Source of the DNA: an uncultured Candidatus Saccharibacteria bacterium
Lineage (GTDB): Bacteria; Patescibacteriota; Minisyncoccia; Phycocordibacterales; UBA918
NCBI GenBank assembly: GCA_964425625.1
Contig: CAYRMI010000004.1
Coordinates: 5,444-69,443 of the forward strand
Reading direction: 5' to 3'
Length of the DNA: 64,000 bases
The notes below the pieces were generated by a model. The model ran no database searches. It saw nothing but the letters and a program-made list of their open reading frames with translations, and had not been told where the DNA came from. The translations under genes and the position numbers were made by a program. How positions within the stretch are numbered: position 1 is the stretch's first letter; each line of letters begins with the position of its first letter. Below, in pieces: positions 60,696 to 64,000 of this stretch.

Positions 60696-61772
60696 CTAAA
60701 CCCCCTCTTGGCGCAGGTCCGCGACGAGTTTCTCAGCCTTCTTGGACAACTTCTTGGGCATGGCGATAGTGACTTTGATCATGAAGTCTCCGCGACCTCT
60801 TTCGGTCGGTACACCTTTTTCTTTAACGCGGAGCATTTCACCATGAGTTATGCCAGCTGGTATCTTCACTTCGATATTTCCGTCTAGAGTTTCTACGCTA
60901 TAGGTACTACCCAAGAGCGCGTCAGTTAGCTTTACTGGTAGGGTGGTCAAGAGGGTTGAACCTTCGCGTTTGATATGCGGATGTCCTTCTACTCCGACTT
61001 TGATGTAGAGGTCGCCTGGTTGACCATGAGGCATGGCCTCACCCCGGCCTGGCATGCGTATCACTTCCCCATTTTCTATACCGGCTGGTATTTTGAATCC
61101 AATCTCCTCTTGTTTGCGTTCAATACCCGCTCCGGCACATCTTCCACAGCGCTCTTTTGGCACTTGGCCCTTACCGTGACAGATATTACATTCACGGACG
61201 GTGGTAAAACTACCCATGATGCTTTGTCTCGTTTCGCGAATTTTTCCATTACCGGCGCAGGTATCACAGGTGGTTGTTCCGGCTCCGGTTTTGGCCCCAC
61301 TACCCTGACACTCTGAGCAAAGTGAATTTTTAGTAATCAGGACACTGCGAGAAGTACCAAAAATTGATTCTTTGAAGTTGAGATTTATTTCAATAGAGAT
61401 ATCACGACCTCTAGATTGCTTGGTTTGTCGTCCACCACCAAAGCCGAAGTTTTCGAAGATATCGTTTATATCGAATTCAAAACCTTGACCGTTGAAACCA
61501 CCTTGTGAAGCGAAATCTGTCCAATTGAAACCACCCCCAAAACCAGCCCCCGGTGCTTGGCCACCAGAAAAAGCATGCCCGTAGCTATCATATTCGGCTT
61601 TTTTCTTATCATCACCCAAGACAGCGTAAGCTTCGGTTATCTCTTTGTATTTAGCCTCATCACCGGTTTTCTTATCTGGGTGATACTGGGCGGCTAGTTT
61701 ACGGAAGGCTTTTTTGACTTCGTCTTTGGCGGCGCCCTTCTTGAGTCCGAGGACTTCGTAGTAGTCTTTCAT
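60696..61772 (-). CDS. dnaJ: Molecular chaperone DnaJ
   Basis: J-domain [36 protein letters not shown]-rich linker and four CxxCxGxG zinc-finger repeats. Confidence 0.9.
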   Translation of the reverse strand: MKDYYEVLGLKKGAAKDEVKKAFRKLAAQYHPDKKTGDEAKYKEITEAYAVLGDDKKKAEYDSYGHAFSGGQAPGAGFGGGFNWTDFASQGGFNGQGFEFDINDIFENFGFGGGRQTKQSRGRDISIEINLNFKESIFGTSRSVLITKNSLCSECQGSGAKTGAGTTTCDTCAGNGKIRETRQSIMGSFTTVRECNICHGKGQVPKERCGRCAGAGIERKQEEIGFKIPAGIENGEVIRMPGRGEAMPHGQPGDLYIKVGVEGHPHIKREGSTLLTTLPVKLTDALLGSTYSVETLDGNIEVKIPAGITHGEMLRVKEKGVPTERGRGDFMIKVTIAMPKKLSKKAEKLVADLRQEGV

Positions 61773-61843
61773 GATAGTGACAGAGTTGGACTAATCTTTA
61801 ATAATAGGTCGATTATGACAGGTTTTTATGTCCTGGCAAGCCT

Positions 61844-63742
61844 TTATTTGTTATCGGATTTTTCGTCATTAGTTACTTCCGCGTCTCTGACTATATCTTC
61901 CTTGGGTCCATCTTCTTTTTGTTCTTTAGCCTCTTCGGCAGCAGCCTTTTGCATGATTTCACCAATTTTCTGAAGAGAAGTTGAAAGCAGTTCAGTCTTC
62001 ACTTCAATTTCAGCTTTGTCACCTTTCTCCATAGTTGATTTTAACTCAGACATCTTAGTTTCAATTTCTGTTTTGGTTTCGACGGGAATCTTACCACCAT
62101 GTTCCTTGAGAGCTTTTTCAGCGGTGTAGATAAGTTGTTCGGCTTGGTTTTTGGCTTCAATTACTGCTTTCTTCTGCTCGTCTTCAGTAGCATGATCCTC
62201 AGCCTCCTTCTTCATACGATCGATATCAGCCTCAGTTAGTCCGGAGCTAGCTTCAATCCGGATAGATTGCTCTTTGCCAGTAGCTTTGTCTTTGGCGGTC
62301 ACTTTGAGTACCCCGTTACTATCGACATCAAACACTACTTCGACTTGTGGTACGCCACGTGGAGCTGGTGGAATACCATCGAGTACGAACTTTCCCAGTG
62401 ACTTATTGTCATTGGCCATTGGTCTTTCCCCTTGAACAATATGTATCTCAGTTGAGGTTTGGTTGTCAGCGGCGGTTGAGAAGATTTGTTGCTTCTTGGT
62501 CGGAATATGAGTGTTCTTTTCAATCAACTTGGTGTTTACACCACCCATAGTCTCAATCCCAAGAGAAAGCGGAATAACATCTACCAAAGTAATATCTTGA
62601 ACATCGCCTTGGAAAATACCAGCTTGAATAGCGGCTCCAAGAGCTACCACTTCGTCTGGATTAATTGTCTTGTTTGGCTCTTTACCAAATAATTCTTTCA
62701 CCGCTTGTACAATCGCCGGCATGCGAGTCTGGCCACCAACCATAATCACTTCATCAATGTCTTCCTTCTTTAGACCAGAAGCCTCTAAAGCCCGCTTGGT
62801 GATTTCGATCGATTTATCAATAAACTCATGAGCAAGCTCTTCTAGTTTGGCGCGTGAAAGTTTAATTAGAAGGTGTTTAGGGCCATTTGCATCGTTGGTG
62901 ATAAAGGGAATATTGACCTCGGTCTCGGTCGTTGAAGAGAGTTCTAGCTTAGCTTTTTCGGCGGCTTCATCTAGGCGACCTAAAGCTAGCTTATCGTGAG
63001 ATAGATCAATTCCTTCAGCTTTCTTAAATTCTGCAATTAGATGACGGATAATCGTTTGATCAATATCTCGTCCACCCATATGAGCATCTCCGTCAGTTGA
63101 TTGCACTTCAATCACATCATCACCCACCTCTAGGACTGAAACGTCAAAGGTTCCACCACCAAAGTCGTAGACAACAATCTTCTCATCTTTCTTTTTGTTG
63201 AAACCGTAAGCTAAAGCAGCAGCGGTTGGCTCGTTGATAATACGTTTTACTTCTAGGCCAGCAATTTTTCCAGCATCTTGTGTGGCTTTGCGTTGGGTAT
63301 CATTGAAGTAGGCAGGCACAGTAATAACTGCCTCAGTGATTTTTTCACCAAGCTTGGCTTCGGCATCGGCCTTAAGTTTAGAAAGAATCATAGCCGATAC
63401 TTCTTCTGGTCGGTAATCTTTTCCTCCCATAACAACAATGGCTCCACCATCACTTCCCTTCTTTACTTCATAGGGGACGATTTTCTTATCTTTCTGCACG
63501 GCTTCTTCTTCGTAGGTGTGACCCATGAAGCGCTTGATGCCGTAAATAGTATTGCTGGAATTAGTGACGGCTTGTCGTTTAGCGATTTGTCCGACTAGTC
63601 TTTCATTAGTCTTTGAGATAGCCACAATTGAGGGAGTAGTTCTGGTGCCTTCACTGTTTTCAATAATAGTCGGCTCACCGGCTTCAATGATAGCCATTGC
63701 TGAGTTGGTGGTGCCTAGATCAATACCAAGTATTTTTGCCAT
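61844..63742 (-). CDS. dnaK: Molecular chaperone DnaK (Hsp70)
   Basis: [26 protein letters not shown] and [15 protein letters not shown]-type motifs (here [15 protein letters not shown]). Confidence 0.95.
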   Translation of the reverse strand: MAKILGIDLGTTNSAMAIIEAGEPTIIENSEGTRTTPSIVAISKTNERLVGQIAKRQAVTNSSNTIYGIKRFMGHTYEEEAVQKDKKIVPYEVKKGSDGGAIVVMGGKDYRPEEVSAMILSKLKADAEAKLGEKITEAVITVPAYFNDTQRKATQDAGKIAGLEVKRIINEPTAAALAYGFNKKKDEKIVVYDFGGGTFDVSVLEVGDDVIEVQSTDGDAHMGGRDIDQTIIRHLIAEFKKAEGIDLSHDKLALGRLDEAAEKAKLELSSTTETEVNIPFITNDANGPKHLLIKLSRAKLEELAHEFIDKSIEITKRALEASGLKKEDIDEVIMVGGQTRMPAIVQAVKELFGKEPNKTINPDEVVALGAAIQAGIFQGDVQDITLVDVIPLSLGIETMGGVNTKLIEKNTHIPTKKQQIFSTAADNQTSTEIHIVQGERPMANDNKSLGKFVLDGIPPAPRGVPQVEVVFDVDSNGVLKVTAKDKATGKEQSIRIEASSGLTEADIDRMKKEAEDHATEDEQKKAVIEAKNQAEQLIYTAEKALKEHGGKIPVETKTEIETKMSELKSTMEKGDKAEIEVKTELLSTSLQKIGEIMQKAAAEEAKEQKEDGPKEDIVRDAEVTNDEKSDNK

Positions 63743-63766
63743 AATTTTTACAATATAATTTTATAA

Positions 63767-64000
63767 TTATTTATCTTCATACACGCCAATTAATACTCTA
63801 GCTGGACGAATTAGCTCAGTGGTTCCGTTTAAGTGAGTAATTTGATAACCGTTTTGTATCACTGAGATAACTTTGTCGTGCTCCTTTTCCTCTTTAACTT
63901 TTGTCGTGCTTAGGGCTTCGTGCTGATGCGGATTAAATTGCTCACCTAGTGGATTAATTAATTCAACCTGATACTTAGTTAGTAGTTTTTCTAACTGAGA
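63767..64000 (-). CDS. grpE: Nucleotide exchange factor GrpE (C-terminal part; gene continues beyond the right edge)
   Basis: Minus-strand translation ends ...GYQITHLNGTTELIRPARVLIGVYEDK*, matching the GrpE C-terminal beta-domain consensus (KGYKLxDRVLRPAMVxV). Classic grpE-dnaK-dnaJ order. Confidence 0.7.
   Translation of the reverse strand, partial: SQLEKLLTKYQVELINPLGEQFNPHQHEALSTTKVKEEKEHDKVISVIQNGYQITHLNGTTELIRPARVLIGVYEDK

Overview
The window is an AT-rich (about 40% GC), compact bacterial chromosome segment with short intergenic regions and many overlapping start/stop codons. Gene content and size resemble a small-genome, Gram-positive-like or Patescibacteria-like organism; that assignment is a low-confidence inference. 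All calls below come from reading the sequence and the supplied six-frame ORF track; no database search, RNA folding or covariance model was run.

Three kinds of content are present:

1. Housekeeping genes.
- dnaB, cysS, an S41 C-terminal processing peptidase, rplI, a cyclophilin PPIase, rpmA.
- A pgi plus ROK-glucokinase pair, murI, and a dacA-mraY-ftsW-murG cell-wall block.
- gltX, scpAB, pepA, aspS, tag, trpS and a grpE-dnaK-dnaJ operon.
- A homospermidine synthase.

2. Two cis-regulatory RNAs typical of Firmicutes-like lineages.
- A T-box leader upstream of aspS.
- A SAM-I (S-box) riboswitch upstream of a compact, GC-rich metK.

3. Accessory or unusual regions.
- A Xer-like tyrosine recombinase beside a dif-like palindrome and an 800-bp AT-rich non-coding tract.
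- A GC-enriched island (about 19.0-21.5 kb) carrying a YhhQ-type transporter, a PEP-CTERM protein and two small GC-rich ORFs.
- A roughly 10.5-kb nuclease-rich defence-island-like block (26.0-36.6 kb), all on the minus strand, listed in gene order as encountered from high to low coordinates:
  - an Abi_2 protein and a DUF1294 protein;
  - a MazG-like gene translationally coupled to a large PD-(D/E)XK + DUF2075/SF1-ATPase protein that ends in a LexA/UmuD-type S24 autopeptidase domain (Cys-Gly scissile site, GDSM motif, catalytic Lys);
  - a small PD-(D/E)XK-like protein and a membrane-anchored Mrr-type restriction endonuclease with a topoisomerase-type zinc ribbon;
  - a Cas4-like/DUF2779 nuclease and a GIY-YIG protein;
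  - an FtsK-gamma wHTH plus OGFr-like pair, and a fusion protein with a Mesh1/SpoT-like HD hydrolase domain.

The MazG + nuclease-helicase-S24 operon is the best candidate for an undescribed, possibly RecA/SOS-gated, defence system. No rRNA, tRNA or CRISPR array was recognised.
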